DNA of 64,000 bases from Spirochaetia bacterium (GTDB taxonomy: Bacteria > Spirochaetota > Spirochaetia > CADAEX01). The notes under the pieces were generated by a model. It ran no database searches and was not told the DNA's origin. It worked only from the letters and a program-made list of their open reading frames with translations. The stretch lies in assembly GCA_017446885.1 (NCBI GenBank), contig JAFSOR010000027.1, positions 38,954-102,953 of the forward strand, read 5' to 3'. A program made the translations under genes and the position numbers. Positions 44,768 through 55,081 of this stretch are shown piece by piece. Each line of letters opens with the position of its first letter. Within the stretch, counting starts at the first letter, position 1.

Positions 44768-45871
44768 ATGAAGATTGCGCACATTCACAGCGGCGTCCGG
44801 GGCATTGCCTCCTACGCCCTGAACATATACAGATACTTTGAGCAGATTAACCAGGAGACCCTGGTGGTAAGCGAGGCAAAGTGGACCAAGCAGGCTATTC
44901 CTGTGTACGAGCCCGACTCCTGGCTTATAGGGGGCATACTCCCTTGGGCAAAGCACCCTGATGAAGTTATGGAAAGGCTTAGGGAATTCCAGCCGGACAT
45001 CATCCACCACCATCACCCCTCAGGCCGCCTGGACTTCTCCATCGAGCGCTTCCGCAGGGAGCTGGACGTGCCTCTCATCTGTACCTTCCACATGTCTGTA
45101 GGCTCAAAAAAATACATGATTGACAAGGCTATGAACGGATTCTTCAACCTGACCAAGAGTAAGTTCAAGAACGCAACATGCTGGGTTGCCATAAGCAAGT
45201 TTGTAAAAAGACAGCTTGAGGAGATAGGGAGCGTGCCAAAAGACCGCATAGTCCTGCTCTACGCCGGGGTGAACCCGGAGATTTTCAAGCCGGTTGAGTA
45301 CACTCCACACGACACGCTGGAGATTACCTTTGTGGGGCAGATAACCCTGGAAAAGGGAATAGATATGCTTATAAACGTGGTGCAGGAGCTTTCGGCAGTG
45401 CGCAAGGTGCGGCTCAACATAATAGGAAACGGCACCCTTAAGCCAATTCTGATGAAGAAGACCGAAGGGGACCCATGCATCAACTGGGTGGGTTTTTTAA
45501 AGAGCCCACAGGAGGTAAGCCAGTTCTATGCCAACTCCGATGTAACTGTGCTCCCTGTCCGGTGGGACGAGGCTTTCTCATACATTCCGCTAGAGACCAT
45601 GGCAAGCGGCACCCCTCTTATTGCATCGCGCTGCGGAGGGAACCCCGAGACTGTGACCGACGGCGAGACAGGTTTCCTATTTACCCCGGGCAAGGCCGAT
45701 GAGCTTTATGACATCCTTAGGAAAGTAGAGATTCCACAGCTGTGGGATATGGGACAGAAGGGGCGCGAGCTTATCTTAAAGCGCCACACCCTTAAGCTGT
45801 TTGGAGACAAGTATAAAGCTTTGTACGAGAACGTGCTCGCAGACCCGGAGCATCTGCAGCAGATAGACTGA
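44768..45871 (+). CDS. GT4-family glycosyltransferase
   Basis: 367 aa. E-x7-E region in PLETMASGTPLIASRCGGNPETVTDGETG. Confidence 0.85.
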   Translation: MKIAHIHSGVRGIASYALNIYRYFEQINQETLVVSEAKWTKQAIPVYEPDSWLIGGILPWAKHPDEVMERLREFQPDIIHHHHPSGRLDFSIERFRRELDVPLICTFHMSVGSKKYMIDKAMNGFFNLTKSKFKNATCWVAISKFVKRQLEEIGSVPKDRIVLLYAGVNPEIFKPVEYTPHDTLEITFVGQITLEKGIDMLINVVQELSAVRKVRLNIIGNGTLKPILMKKTEGDPCINWVGFLKSPQEVSQFYANSDVTVLPVRWDEAFSYIPLETMASGTPLIASRCGGNPETVTDGETGFLFTPGKADELYDILRKVEIPQLWDMGQKGRELILKRHTLKLFGDKYKALYENVLADPEHLQQID

Positions 45872-45885
45872 TATTTTCTGCTTTA

Positions 45886-46770
45886 TCACAGAACATTTTC
45901 TCTTGTGCCAATGACACGTGCGGCAACTTCTGTACCCGACTTACATGCATCGGCAAAGGGCAACCTGCGGAGAAGCCCAACAGAAGCTCCTGCAAAGAAG
46001 GCATCTCCTGCACCGGTGGTATCCACAACAGTAACTGGATATGAAGGACAATGCCCAGCCTCTCCTTCTGAATCTGCATAGACAGCTCCATCTTTATCCA
46101 TGGTAACCACCATGGCTTTCATTCCCAGCCTTTCAAGCTCGATCTTAAGGAGTTCCTGCATCTCCAGTGCCGACAGCCCTTCTGTCTTTTTATCAAAAAA
46201 TATCCCAGCTTCCAGCCGGTTGCAGAAAAAGCAGGCTGTCTTTCTGATGTACGTAAGGCGCTCTTTTGCAATAGTCATATTGGAGATGACTGCATAGACA
46301 GGGATGCCATATTTTTCTGCAAGATTCATGGTTAAATCCACAATCTCCTCATCTATGTCTATCTCCAGCAGGATTCCATATGCATCTTTAAAAATCTGTT
46401 CCTCATTTGCCTTGATAATATCGCAAATAGGCAATAGATCTGGGCGTGCAGATATGTTTGCACACAACTCTCCAGCTGTATCAAACACAGCCATCCAGGT
46501 GCCCATACCTTTTTCTGTTGCTTTAACGTAATCGGTTTTGACATTGACCTCTTTAAGATGTTTGATAACATCGGAGGCAGCACCACTTTTATCCACCAGG
46601 CTCACAAGTACAGAATCCTCACCCAGCTTAGCAACATCTTCGGCAATATTCCTTGCCACGCCTCCATGGAAATAATTTATCTTTCCTGCATTCCGCCCTG
46701 TAGGGAAAAAAGCTCCATCCGGATACCCCTTGATATCTACATAGACAGTTCCGACAGTTACAATTTTCAT
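45886..46770 (-). CDS. PfkB-family carbohydrate/nucleoside kinase
   Basis: 294 aa. GGVARN and DTTGAGDAFFAG motifs. Confidence 0.8.
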   Translation of the reverse strand: MKIVTVGTVYVDIKGYPDGAFFPTGRNAGKINYFHGGVARNIAEDVAKLGEDSVLVSLVDKSGAASDVIKHLKEVNVKTDYVKATEKGMGTWMAVFDTAGELCANISARPDLLPICDIIKANEEQIFKDAYGILLEIDIDEEIVDLTMNLAEKYGIPVYAVISNMTIAKERLTYIRKTACFFCNRLEAGIFFDKKTEGLSALEMQELLKIELERLGMKAMVVTMDKDGAVYADSEGEAGHCPSYPVTVVDTTGAGDAFFAGASVGLLRRLPFADACKSGTEVAARVIGTRENVL

Positions 46771-46772
46771 AA

Positions 46773-48122
46773 TTATTTACACTGGAGCCTGGACTCGTAG
46801 AAGTTTTTTCCCAAGTTCAGTAGCGCCTCTTTGGTGTTCATGGCAGGGTCGTCCATAACTGCTTCTAAAAGATAGTTGAGCACAGTTCCCATGGCAGGTC
46901 CTTTGGGGATTCCTGCCTCTTTCAGCATTGCTCCATTCACTGCCAGGTCGGAAAGCTTAAGCGGGGGAACCTCTTTTACAATTGCATCCACACGGCGGGA
47001 CAGTGCTATGTCCTCAGGGGTGCAGGCAAATGTCTTGTCGCCCATTGCTCCTGCCCGGTCTGCAAACCGCAGCTTGAAAAGGTCTGACATGTTCTCAAGC
47101 CCCACCCGGGCAATGAACCGCCGCACAGCACCGTCGGACCAGTCTTCGGTGTAGTGGAACATGTGGTTTTTTATCAGGTGGCATATGCGGGTCTCGTCGG
47201 CCTTGGAGAACTTGAGGCGGCGGAGGATTTCGTGAGCCATCTCGGTCCCGACATTCTCGTGGCCATAGAAAGTGTTTACACCATCTCTTACCTTGAAGCA
47301 CCGGGGTTTTCCTATGTCGTGGAGCAGCGCCGCCATGCGCAGGACCGGGTCTTTCTCCATAAAGTCGCAGGAGTATATCATGTGGTGGAACACATCAAAC
47401 TGGTGTCTGTCCCGCTGCTCCATGCCCACTCCCTCTAAAAGCTCGGGCAGCACATACTCAAGAATCTGTGTCTTCTGCATATAGAGGAATGCTATGGAAG
47501 GATGCTCTGCGCTCATGGTCTTTAAAAGCTCATCCCTTATGCGCTCTTTTGATATATTCTTAAGGTGGTCGCGGTTATGAATCATGCCGTCCAGTGTCAC
47601 AGGCTCAATCTGGAACTCAAGCTGGGCTGCGAAGCGGCAGGCCCTTAAGATACGCAGGCCATCTTCGGCAAAACGCTCGTCGGGGTTCCCTATGGCGCGT
47701 ATAATCCCATGCTTAAGGTCTTCCATACCGCCGTGGGCATCTATTACCCTGCCGTTACGGACATCGATTGCCATTGCGTTTATAGTAAAGTCGCGCCGCT
47801 TAAGATCCTCGTAGATATCGGTGCAGTAGGTTATGCTGTCGGGGTGGCGGAAGTTTGAGTATTTGCCGTCCATCCGGTAGGTGGTTACCTCGAAGGAGTT
47901 TCCCTTGAAAAGGACTGTTACAGTTCCATGTTCTATGCCGGTGGGGATAACTTTTTTAAAAATTGCAGTTACCTGCTCTGGCGTTGCGTTTGTGGTAAAG
48001 TCGTAATCGTCAGGCGGCAGTCCCCGCTCTAGATTGCGTACTGCTCCCCCCACCAGATAAATCTCATATCCGGCACGGAATACTATTTCGGCAAATTCTT
48101 TGACTTCGCGCGGAAATGTCAT
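46773..48122 (-). CDS. cca: CCA-adding enzyme / poly(A) polymerase family with an HD domain
   Basis: 449 aa. GGAVRN...DYDF head domain, RRDFTINA, and HD motif LLHDIGKP. Confidence 0.85.
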   Translation of the reverse strand: MTFPREVKEFAEIVFRAGYEIYLVGGAVRNLERGLPPDDYDFTTNATPEQVTAIFKKVIPTGIEHGTVTVLFKGNSFEVTTYRMDGKYSNFRHPDSITYCTDIYEDLKRRDFTINAMAIDVRNGRVIDAHGGMEDLKHGIIRAIGNPDERFAEDGLRILRACRFAAQLEFQIEPVTLDGMIHNRDHLKNISKERIRDELLKTMSAEHPSIAFLYMQKTQILEYVLPELLEGVGMEQRDRHQFDVFHHMIYSCDFMEKDPVLRMAALLHDIGKPRCFKVRDGVNTFYGHENVGTEMAHEILRRLKFSKADETRICHLIKNHMFHYTEDWSDGAVRRFIARVGLENMSDLFKLRFADRAGAMGDKTFACTPEDIALSRRVDAIVKEVPPLKLSDLAVNGAMLKEAGIPKGPAMGTVLNYLLEAVMDDPAMNTKEALLNLGKNFYESRLQCK

Positions 48123-50083
48123 TTTCTCTTTATAATCTTTGCCAGGTTGTCGGCAGTAAAGCCGAACTTGGCTGCAACATCTGCATACTTTCCGGACTCG
48201 CCGAAAGTCTTAACTGCCAGGATATCTTCATCCTTTGCATAGCCCTTCCAGCCAGTAGGAACGCCGCACTCTGCGACAACCACGCGCACTCCCTTAGGAA
48301 GAATCTTGTTCCTGTATGCGGCGCTCTGCGACTCGAACAGCTCGCGGCAAGGCATGGAGACAACACGCACCTTCTTCCTGGTCTTTGCGGCAGCCTCGAC
48401 AGCAAGCGATACTTCGGAGCCGGTTGCAACTACAACTACATCTGGTGTTCCCTTGCAATCCTTTACAATATATGCACCCTTGAGCATATTCTTTTTCCAC
48501 TGCTTGTCATCTTTCGGGTAAACTGTGATATTCTGCCGGGTGAATGCCATGCAGGTAGGCTTGTCCTGTGAGCCTAACGCCATAAGCCATGCGATTTCGG
48601 TCTCCTGTGCATCGCCCGGGCGGATAACCTGTGTATTCGGAATGACACGCAGCGACTCAAGCTGCTCCACAGGCTGGTGTGTAGGGCCATCCTCGCCTAC
48701 ATAGATGGAGTCGTGCGTAAGGATAAAGATTGTAGGAATTTTCATGATAGCTGCAAGGCGCACTGTTGGCCGCAGATAGTCGGCAAATGACATGAATGTG
48801 GCACAGTAGGACCTGAAGCCGCCGTGCAGGATAAGGCCGTTTGCGATTCCGCCCATTGCATGCTCGCGGATACCGAAGTGGAGTGTGCGTCCTTTCCGGT
48901 TTTCCTTGGAGAAGTCGCCGTTGTCTGGCACCACTGTGTTGTTCGACGGAGCTAAGTCTGCAGAACCGCCAACCAGGTTAGGGAATGCGGCGCACAGGCT
49001 TACCAGGGTCTTTCCGCTGGCACTGCGGGTTGCAATCTTGTCGCCCACGTTGAACTTGGGCAGCTTGATATCTTCGAATGTGCCGTTGACCATGAATGCG
49101 CACCACTCTTTTACAAGCTCAGGGTTTGCTTTCTTCCATGCCTCAAAGGTTTTGGTCCAGCTGTCGTAATCCTTCTTCCAGCCTTTGGCTTTTTCCTTGA
49201 AGTATTCTTTTGCCTCTGGGAAGATGTAGAAATCTTTCTCTGGAATTCCCAGCGCCTTCTTGGCTGCCTTGACCTCGTCCTCGCCCAGCGGAGCACCATG
49301 GACTTTGTGGGTTCCTGCCAGGTTTGGAGAACCTTTTCCGATTACAGATTTAAGGGATATGAGGGTAGGATGCTTTGTATCTTTCTTAGCCTGGGCAACC
49401 AGCTTTAAAATGCCTTCGACATCGTAGGCATCGCCAGAGAGCACCTGCCAGTTATATGAAGCAAACCGGGCTTTGACATCTTCGGTGAACGCCAGCTTTG
49501 TGGAGCCTTCGATTGTGATTCCGTTGTCGTCGTAGAAAACTATAAGCTTGCCCAGCCCCAGGTTGCCGGCCAGGGATGCAGCCTCGGAGGTAAGGCCTTC
49601 CATCATGCAGCCATCGCCCGAAAGGACATATGTGTAATGGTCGATTATCTTATGCTGTTTTGTGTTGAACTTTTCTGCAAGCATAGCCTCGGCAATTGCC
49701 ATGCCCACTGCGTTTGTGAATCCTGCTCCCAGAGGACCTGTGGTGGTCTCTACACCGTCGGTCATGCCATACTCTGGGTGTCCTGGAGTGTTTGAACCCA
49801 GCTGTCTGAAGTTCTTGATGTCATCCAGCGACACACCGTAGCCGCACAGGTGCAGCAGGCTGTAAAGGAGCGCAGAACCATGCCCTGCAGAAAGGACAAA
49901 CCTGTCCCGGTCTATCCACTTGGAATCCTTTGGATTGTGCTTAAGGACCTCGCCGAATATAACAGCACCCAGCTCGGCACATCCCATAGGAAGTCCAGGG
50001 TGTCCTGACTTTGCCTTCTGAATCATATCCATCGAAAGGGCACGGACAGAGTTTGCAACAGAAGCGATTGCTTTTTTATTCAT
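48119..50083 (-). CDS. tkt: transketolase
   Basis: 654 aa. SGHPG, GDGCMMEG (ThDP motif), THDSI..GEDGPTHQP. Confidence 0.95.
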   Translation of the reverse strand: MNKKAIASVANSVRALSMDMIQKAKSGHPGLPMGCAELGAVIFGEVLKHNPKDSKWIDRDRFVLSAGHGSALLYSLLHLCGYGVSLDDIKNFRQLGSNTPGHPEYGMTDGVETTTGPLGAGFTNAVGMAIAEAMLAEKFNTKQHKIIDHYTYVLSGDGCMMEGLTSEAASLAGNLGLGKLIVFYDDNGITIEGSTKLAFTEDVKARFASYNWQVLSGDAYDVEGILKLVAQAKKDTKHPTLISLKSVIGKGSPNLAGTHKVHGAPLGEDEVKAAKKALGIPEKDFYIFPEAKEYFKEKAKGWKKDYDSWTKTFEAWKKANPELVKEWCAFMVNGTFEDIKLPKFNVGDKIATRSASGKTLVSLCAAFPNLVGGSADLAPSNNTVVPDNGDFSKENRKGRTLHFGIREHAMGGIANGLILHGGFRSYCATFMSFADYLRPTVRLAAIMKIPTIFILTHDSIYVGEDGPTHQPVEQLESLRVIPNTQVIRPGDAQETEIAWLMALGSQDKPTCMAFTRQNITVYPKDDKQWKKNMLKGAYIVKDCKGTPDVVVVATGSEVSLAVEAAAKTRKKVRVVSMPCRELFESQSAAYRNKILPKGVRVVVAECGVPTGWKGYAKDEDILAVKTFGESGKYADVAAKFGFTADNLAKIIKRK

Positions 50084-50204
50084 CTTTTCCTCCAGAGAAA
50101 TTACAACAGTATGCTTTCTTTTATCATACCGCCTTTTATATAAAAATAAAAGGGGAAATTTATTCCCACTTGAAAAAAGGATAAAAAATTATAAGAATGG
50201 CAGT

Positions 50205-51068
50205 ATGAGACAGGCACGTTACACAGCATCGGTCATTGCGGCAGGAATCCTTTGGGGCATAATAAGCATATTCATAAAAGGGATGAACTCAAGCAATATA
50301 ACACCCCTGCAGATTCTCCAGGTACGTACTTTGATAGCATCGGCAATCATGGCGCTGTACCTGTTTTTCACAGACAGGAACCTGCTGTGCTTTAAGCTTA
50401 AAGATATCTGGATGTTCATAGGCACCGGTGTCATAAGCCTGACATTCTTCTCGCTCTGCTACTTCCAGACCATAATAGAATCGGGGGCATCGGTGGCTGT
50501 AATCCTGCTCTACACTTCCCCAATCTTTGTTATACTGATGTCGCTTGTTCTGTTCAAGGAAAAGATAACTCCTGTCAAGCTGACTGCCCTTTTGATGACA
50601 TTTGCAGGATGCATTCTGGTATCGGGCCTGGGAAGGGGCAATGCCATAACTGTAAAAGGCTTTATAATAGGGCTGGGGTCGGGCCTTGGCTATGCCCTGT
50701 ACTCCATATTCAGCCGCTATGCGCTTAAAAAGTACCATGTCCTCACTATCATATTCTACACATTCCTGTTCTCGGGAATAAGCATAATACCTTTCTCGGG
50801 CATAGCTCATACTGGTCCTATGTTCTCTGGTCCAGTGCTGCTCTACGGGGCTGGAATAGCAGTTTTCTGCACAGTGCTCCCCTACCTTTTCTACACCTAC
50901 GGTATGACAAATCTAGAGACTGGCAAGGCTGCAATTTTTGTAACCATAGAACCCCTGGTTGGCACTCTGGTGGGTTGCGGACTCTATGGCGAGCCTATGA
51001 CCCTGGTCAAAGCCATAGGTATAATGCTGACATTCGGGGCAGTGATTCTATTGGGGCTTAAAAAGTAA
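50205..51068 (+). CDS. EamA/DMT-family transporter
   Basis: 287 aa, 10 predicted TM helices in two EamA repeats. Confidence 0.85.
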   Translation: MRQARYTASVIAAGILWGIISIFIKGMNSSNITPLQILQVRTLIASAIMALYLFFTDRNLLCFKLKDIWMFIGTGVISLTFFSLCYFQTIIESGASVAVILLYTSPIFVILMSLVLFKEKITPVKLTALLMTFAGCILVSGLGRGNAITVKGFIIGLGSGLGYALYSIFSRYALKKYHVLTIIFYTFLFSGISIIPFSGIAHTGPMFSGPVLLYGAGIAVFCTVLPYLFYTYGMTNLETGKAAIFVTIEPLVGTLVGCGLYGEPMTLVKAIGIMLTFGAVILLGLKK

Positions 51069-51999
51069 GGTCGCTGTCGAAAAGCGGAGTTGAGAAATAT
51101 CGCTCTGCAGTATCGGGGAGCACAGTAACCACAGTCTTTCCCTTTCCCAGCTTCTTTGCAAGCTCAAGAGCCGCCGCCACATTGGTGCCGCTTGAGATTC
51201 CGCACATTATTCCCTCTTTCTTTGCCAGGTTGCGTGATGTACGTATCGCCATCTCGTCGGTGACTATGAAGATGTCGTCGTATATGGAGCGGTTTAAGTT
51301 TTCGGGTATAATGCCATCGCCTATTCCCATCTGCAGGTGTGTCCCTATGTTGCCGCCTGCCAGGATTGCCGCATTCTGGGGTTCCACAGCCCATATTGTC
51401 ATGTCGGGGTTGGCCTCTTTAAGCCGTGCTCCTATTCCAGATATGGTGCCGCCTGTGCCTATACCGGAGCAGAAGCCGTGGATAGGACCGTCCACCTGGT
51501 CTAGAATCTCCTGTGCTGTCTGGGAATACTGTATTGCAGGGTTTGCAGGGTTTGTGAACTGCTGGGGAATGAACACATTGGGGTTCTTCTGGCTCATGCG
51601 TACAGCTGTGTTAAGGCATTCCTCCATGCAGGCACCTATATCGCCGGCATCGTGTATAAGTTTTACCTCGGCTCCATAGTGGCGTATGATCTTACGCCGT
51701 TCCTCGCTAACCGAGTCGGGCATGATTATGACAGTCTTATAGCCCCGGACCGCCCCCACAAGGGCAAGCCCTATTCCCTGGTTGCCACTGGTCGGCTCCA
51801 CAATTACAGTATCTTTGGTTATAATACCCCGTTTCTCGGCATCCAGAATCATGTTCCAGGCGGTGCGGGTCTTGATGGAGCCGCCTATGTTGAGCCCCTC
51901 GAACTTGACCAGCACCCTGGCCGAGTTTGCCCCCACCATGCGGTTCAGCTGGATAAGTGGTGTGTTTCCCATTGCATCAAGGATTGTTCTGCAAATCAT
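51058..51999 (-). CDS. cysK: cysteine synthase family (PLP-dependent, CysK-like)
   Basis: 313 aa. GGSIKTR PLP-lysine motif, TSGNQG, GIGTGGT. Confidence 0.9.
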   Translation of the reverse strand: MICRTILDAMGNTPLIQLNRMVGANSARVLVKFEGLNIGGSIKTRTAWNMILDAEKRGIITKDTVIVEPTSGNQGIGLALVGAVRGYKTVIIMPDSVSEERRKIIRHYGAEVKLIHDAGDIGACMEECLNTAVRMSQKNPNVFIPQQFTNPANPAIQYSQTAQEILDQVDGPIHGFCSGIGTGGTISGIGARLKEANPDMTIWAVEPQNAAILAGGNIGTHLQMGIGDGIIPENLNRSIYDDIFIVTDEMAIRTSRNLAKKEGIMCGISSGTNVAAALELAKKLGKGKTVVTVLPDTAERYFSTPLFDSDLTF

Positions 52000-52015
52000 G
52001 TTGCCTCAAAGTTGT

Positions 52016-54148
52016 TCAAATATTGAACAATAGATCCTCATATGTCGCAAACGGCCAGTATGTCTTTCCAACTACCCGTTCAAGGGCATCACCATAGGAG
52101 CGGAGCACTTTCATTGTCGCAAACACCTTGTCGCGGTATGCACATGCCTTGGCAAACGGATCTGAAATTTCATGGGCATTCTTAAGCTCTTTTTCCAGAG
52201 CCAGGGCAGTCTGCATGAACTTGTCCACGCTGTCCATGATAGAAGATACCATCTCCTCCTCTCTTGAGAGCGGACACTTTACCCCGGTCTCCTTGACCTG
52301 GTTTATGGTTGAAGCCACATCGTGGACATACTTGAGTGCCGCGGGGACAATATCTTTACGTGCCATCTGCAGCATCACAGTAGCCTCCATCTTGATCTGG
52401 CGGCTGTAGACCTGCAGATAGATAAGGTAGCGGGCCTCAAGCTCCTGCTTTGTAAGAACCTTCATCCGCTCGAACACCTCGACAGATTCAGGCTTAAGAA
52501 TCTGGGCAATAGCATCCACATTGTTGGTGATGTTCAGAAGACCCCGGCGCTCTGCCTCTTCCTTCCATTCGTCGGAATAGCCGTTTCCGTTGAAGATTAT
52601 ACGCTTATGTGCCTTGTACGTGTCGATGATAAGCTTGAGTATTGTATCCTGTTTTTTCTTGGACTTCTCAATCTCACAAGCAAAATCATCCAGCACCGAT
52701 GCCATGATTGTGTTGATTACTGTATTCGGCTTTGCGATAGATGCAGAGGAACCCACCATGCGGAACTCGAACTTGTTTCCGGTGAATGCCATAGGGCTTG
52801 TCCTGTTGCGGTCGGTGGAGTCCTTGAGCACTGTGGGCAGCGAGTTTACGCCAAACTGTATCTTGCCCACCTTGGCAGATGTTATGTCCTCGTGCTTGGA
52901 AAGCTTTTCCAGAATCTCCTCGAGCTCAGAGCCCAGGTAAATAGAGATTACTGCCGGAGGTGCCTCGCTGCCCCCTAGGCGGTAGTCGTTTCCAGCATTG
53001 CTTGCCGAAAAGCGCAGGAGGCCGGCATATTTGTCGCAGGCCTTGATGAATGCAGTCAGGAACAGCAGGAACTGGGTGTTCGACTTGGGGTCGTCGCCCG
53101 GATCCATAAGGTTTGTGCCGTCGTCGGTTGTAAGGGACCAGTTGTTGTGCTTGCCGCTTCCGTTTACCCCCTCGAAAGGCTTTTCGTTAAGGAGCACAGC
53201 AAGGCCGTGGCGTTTTGCCACCTTGCGCAAAATAAGCATGGTAAGCTGGTTCTGGTCGGTAGCCACATTCACTGTGGAATATATAGGTGCTATCTCGAAC
53301 TGGTTCGGAGCCACCTCGTTATGCTGTGTCTTGGCCGGAATGCCCATCTTCCACAGCTCGCAGTTTAGCTCTCGCATAAAGTCGGCAACTTTAAGCTGGA
53401 TGTTGCCGTAGTAGTGGCTGTTAAGTTCCTGTCCTTTTCCAGGCATGGAGCCGTAGAGGGTGCGCTTGCACAGAACCAGGTCGCTGCGTGTGTCATAGTA
53501 TTTGCGGTCCACCAGGAAGTACTCCTGCTCTGGCCCTACAGATGCAGATACCTTTTTTACAGTCTTGTTGCCGATAGAGCGTAAAAGCCGTACTGCAGAT
53601 TTATCCAGGGCAGCCATGGACTTGAGGAGCGGCCCTTTCTTGTCCAGCGATTCGCCGGTATAAGAGAAGAATGCTGTAGGAATGTTAAGGGTCACACCTG
53701 TGTTGTCTGCCATAAGGAATGCAGGCGATGTTGTGTCCCAGGCTGTGTAGCCCCTTGCCTCGAATGTGGCCCTGAGCCCGCCCGAAGGGAACGATGATGC
53801 GTCGGATTCCCCTTTTATAAGCTCTTTTCCAGAGAATTCAAGGATAACCTTGCCGTCTTCTGTAGGGGTGATGAAAGAGTCGTGCTTTTCTGCGGTAAGA
53901 TCGTTGAGTGGCTGGAACCAGTGGGTAAAGTGGGTTGCACCCTTGGATACTGCCCAGGTCTTCATGGCGCTTGCAACTGCGTTTGCTGTCTCCAGGGTCA
54001 GTTCCTTGTTTCCAAGCTGGACCTCCTTGAGATCCTTGTACACTGCCTTTGGAAGCAGTTCACGCATGATAGCGTCGTTAAAACAATTTTCGCCATAGAT
54101 GTCGTGCAGCGATGTCTTGCTGAAATCAACGATTCTGTTATTTTCCAT
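52016..54148 (-). CDS. glnN: type III glutamine synthetase
   Basis: About 710 aa from the internal Met after a GGGAG SD. The length and motifs (HNEVAPNQFE, NGSGKHNNWS) fit GSIII. Confidence 0.9.
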   Translation of the reverse strand: MENNRIVDFSKTSLHDIYGENCFNDAIMRELLPKAVYKDLKEVQLGNKELTLETANAVASAMKTWAVSKGATHFTHWFQPLNDLTAEKHDSFITPTEDGKVILEFSGKELIKGESDASSFPSGGLRATFEARGYTAWDTTSPAFLMADNTGVTLNIPTAFFSYTGESLDKKGPLLKSMAALDKSAVRLLRSIGNKTVKKVSASVGPEQEYFLVDRKYYDTRSDLVLCKRTLYGSMPGKGQELNSHYYGNIQLKVADFMRELNCELWKMGIPAKTQHNEVAPNQFEIAPIYSTVNVATDQNQLTMLILRKVAKRHGLAVLLNEKPFEGVNGSGKHNNWSLTTDDGTNLMDPGDDPKSNTQFLLFLTAFIKACDKYAGLLRFSASNAGNDYRLGGSEAPPAVISIYLGSELEEILEKLSKHEDITSAKVGKIQFGVNSLPTVLKDSTDRNRTSPMAFTGNKFEFRMVGSSASIAKPNTVINTIMASVLDDFACEIEKSKKKQDTILKLIIDTYKAHKRIIFNGNGYSDEWKEEAERRGLLNITNNVDAIAQILKPESVEVFERMKVLTKQELEARYLIYLQVYSRQIKMEATVMLQMARKDIVPAALKYVHDVASTINQVKETGVKCPLSREEEMVSSIMDSVDKFMQTALALEKELKNAHEISDPFAKACAYRDKVFATMKVLRSYGDALERVVGKTYWPFATYEDLLFNI

Positions 54149-54224
54149 TTTTTCTCCCGATTGTTTTAAAAACAATGTAATGTTATATTTTCAATAAAGA
54201 AATTTCAATCGTATAGGCTATATT

Positions 54225-54878
54225 ATGACAAAAAACAATGTAATTTTTATTTTCGATTACGACGGAGTCATTGCCGACTCACTTGACATGTGCATAGAGG
54301 CTTTCAATATCATAAAGGACAAATACGGCTTTACCGGAAGCCTGACCAAGGAGGCTATAATGCATCTTCCGCACGTTACTGCCGAGGATGCATTCAACCT
54401 TCTGGGGGTTTCAAAGGAAGACCAGCATCTTTATACAGGCGAGCTTATGAGAATGCTGCAGGCCAATGCCATTAAGGCTAAAATGTTCGACGGAATCGGC
54501 GATGTATTCAAGCTGGTAAAGGAGTCGGGTGCATACCTTGCCATAAACACTGCAAATGGTTCAGGCACTGTCAAAAAAAGGCTTGAGATGGCAGGGCTTG
54601 CAGAGCTACCCGACTACATTGTGGGAGCCGACACTCCTGGGACAAAATCGGAGAAGATAGCCCATATCATGGAGAAATTCTCTGCAAGCCCGGACTGCAC
54701 ATACATGATTGGCGATTCCATGGGAGATATAACAGAGGGCAGAAAAGCAGGGGCACACACAATAGCGGTTACATACGGCTGGCAACCCAGAGCTGTGCTT
54801 GAAAGTGTCAATCCCGAGTATATATGCGGCACTATGGAGGAGCTTAAGGCACTGGTGCAAAAAAAAAGCCGGGTTTAA
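54225..54878 (+). CDS. HAD-family hydrolase (phosphoglycolate-phosphatase-like)
   Basis: 217 aa. Motif I FDYDGVI and motif IV GDSMGD. Confidence 0.8.
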   Translation: MTKNNVIFIFDYDGVIADSLDMCIEAFNIIKDKYGFTGSLTKEAIMHLPHVTAEDAFNLLGVSKEDQHLYTGELMRMLQANAIKAKMFDGIGDVFKLVKESGAYLAINTANGSGTVKKRLEMAGLAELPDYIVGADTPGTKSEKIAHIMEKFSASPDCTYMIGDSMGDITEGRKAGAHTIAVTYGWQPRAVLESVNPEYICGTMEELKALVQKKSRV

Positions 54879-54914
54879 CCCCGTGCTCATAAGTAAGGAT
54901 ACCCCATAAGGGTA

Positions 54915-54986
54915 AGCGCCCGATCGGAATCGAACCGACATCATCAGCTTGGAGGGCTGAGGTAATAGCCATTATACCACAGGCGC
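54915..54986 (-). tRNA. tRNA-Gly (anticodon UCC); CCA not encoded
   Basis: Hand-folded. Acceptor GCGCCTG/CGGGCGC, anticodon arm TCAGC-CCTCCAA-GCTGA, T arm GTCGG-TTCGATT-CCGAT. The D arm through the variable region is nearly identical to E. coli tRNA-Gly(UCC) as I remember it. Confidence 0.85.
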
Positions 54987-55081
54987 GAACAAATATTTTA
55001 TACAAAATCAAAAATAAATTGTCAATATGGTGATTGAACAAACATATCCAATACAGTAAAGTTCGGGTAAGGAGAGAGATT

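Noticed and set aside
44447-45016. 189-aa minus-strand ORF
   Set aside because: It overlaps the well-supported GT4 glycosyltransferase on the opposite strand and crosses the intergenic region. It has no SD or motif.
54844-55041. 65-aa minus-strand ORF
   Set aside because: It is read straight through the tRNA-Gly gene.
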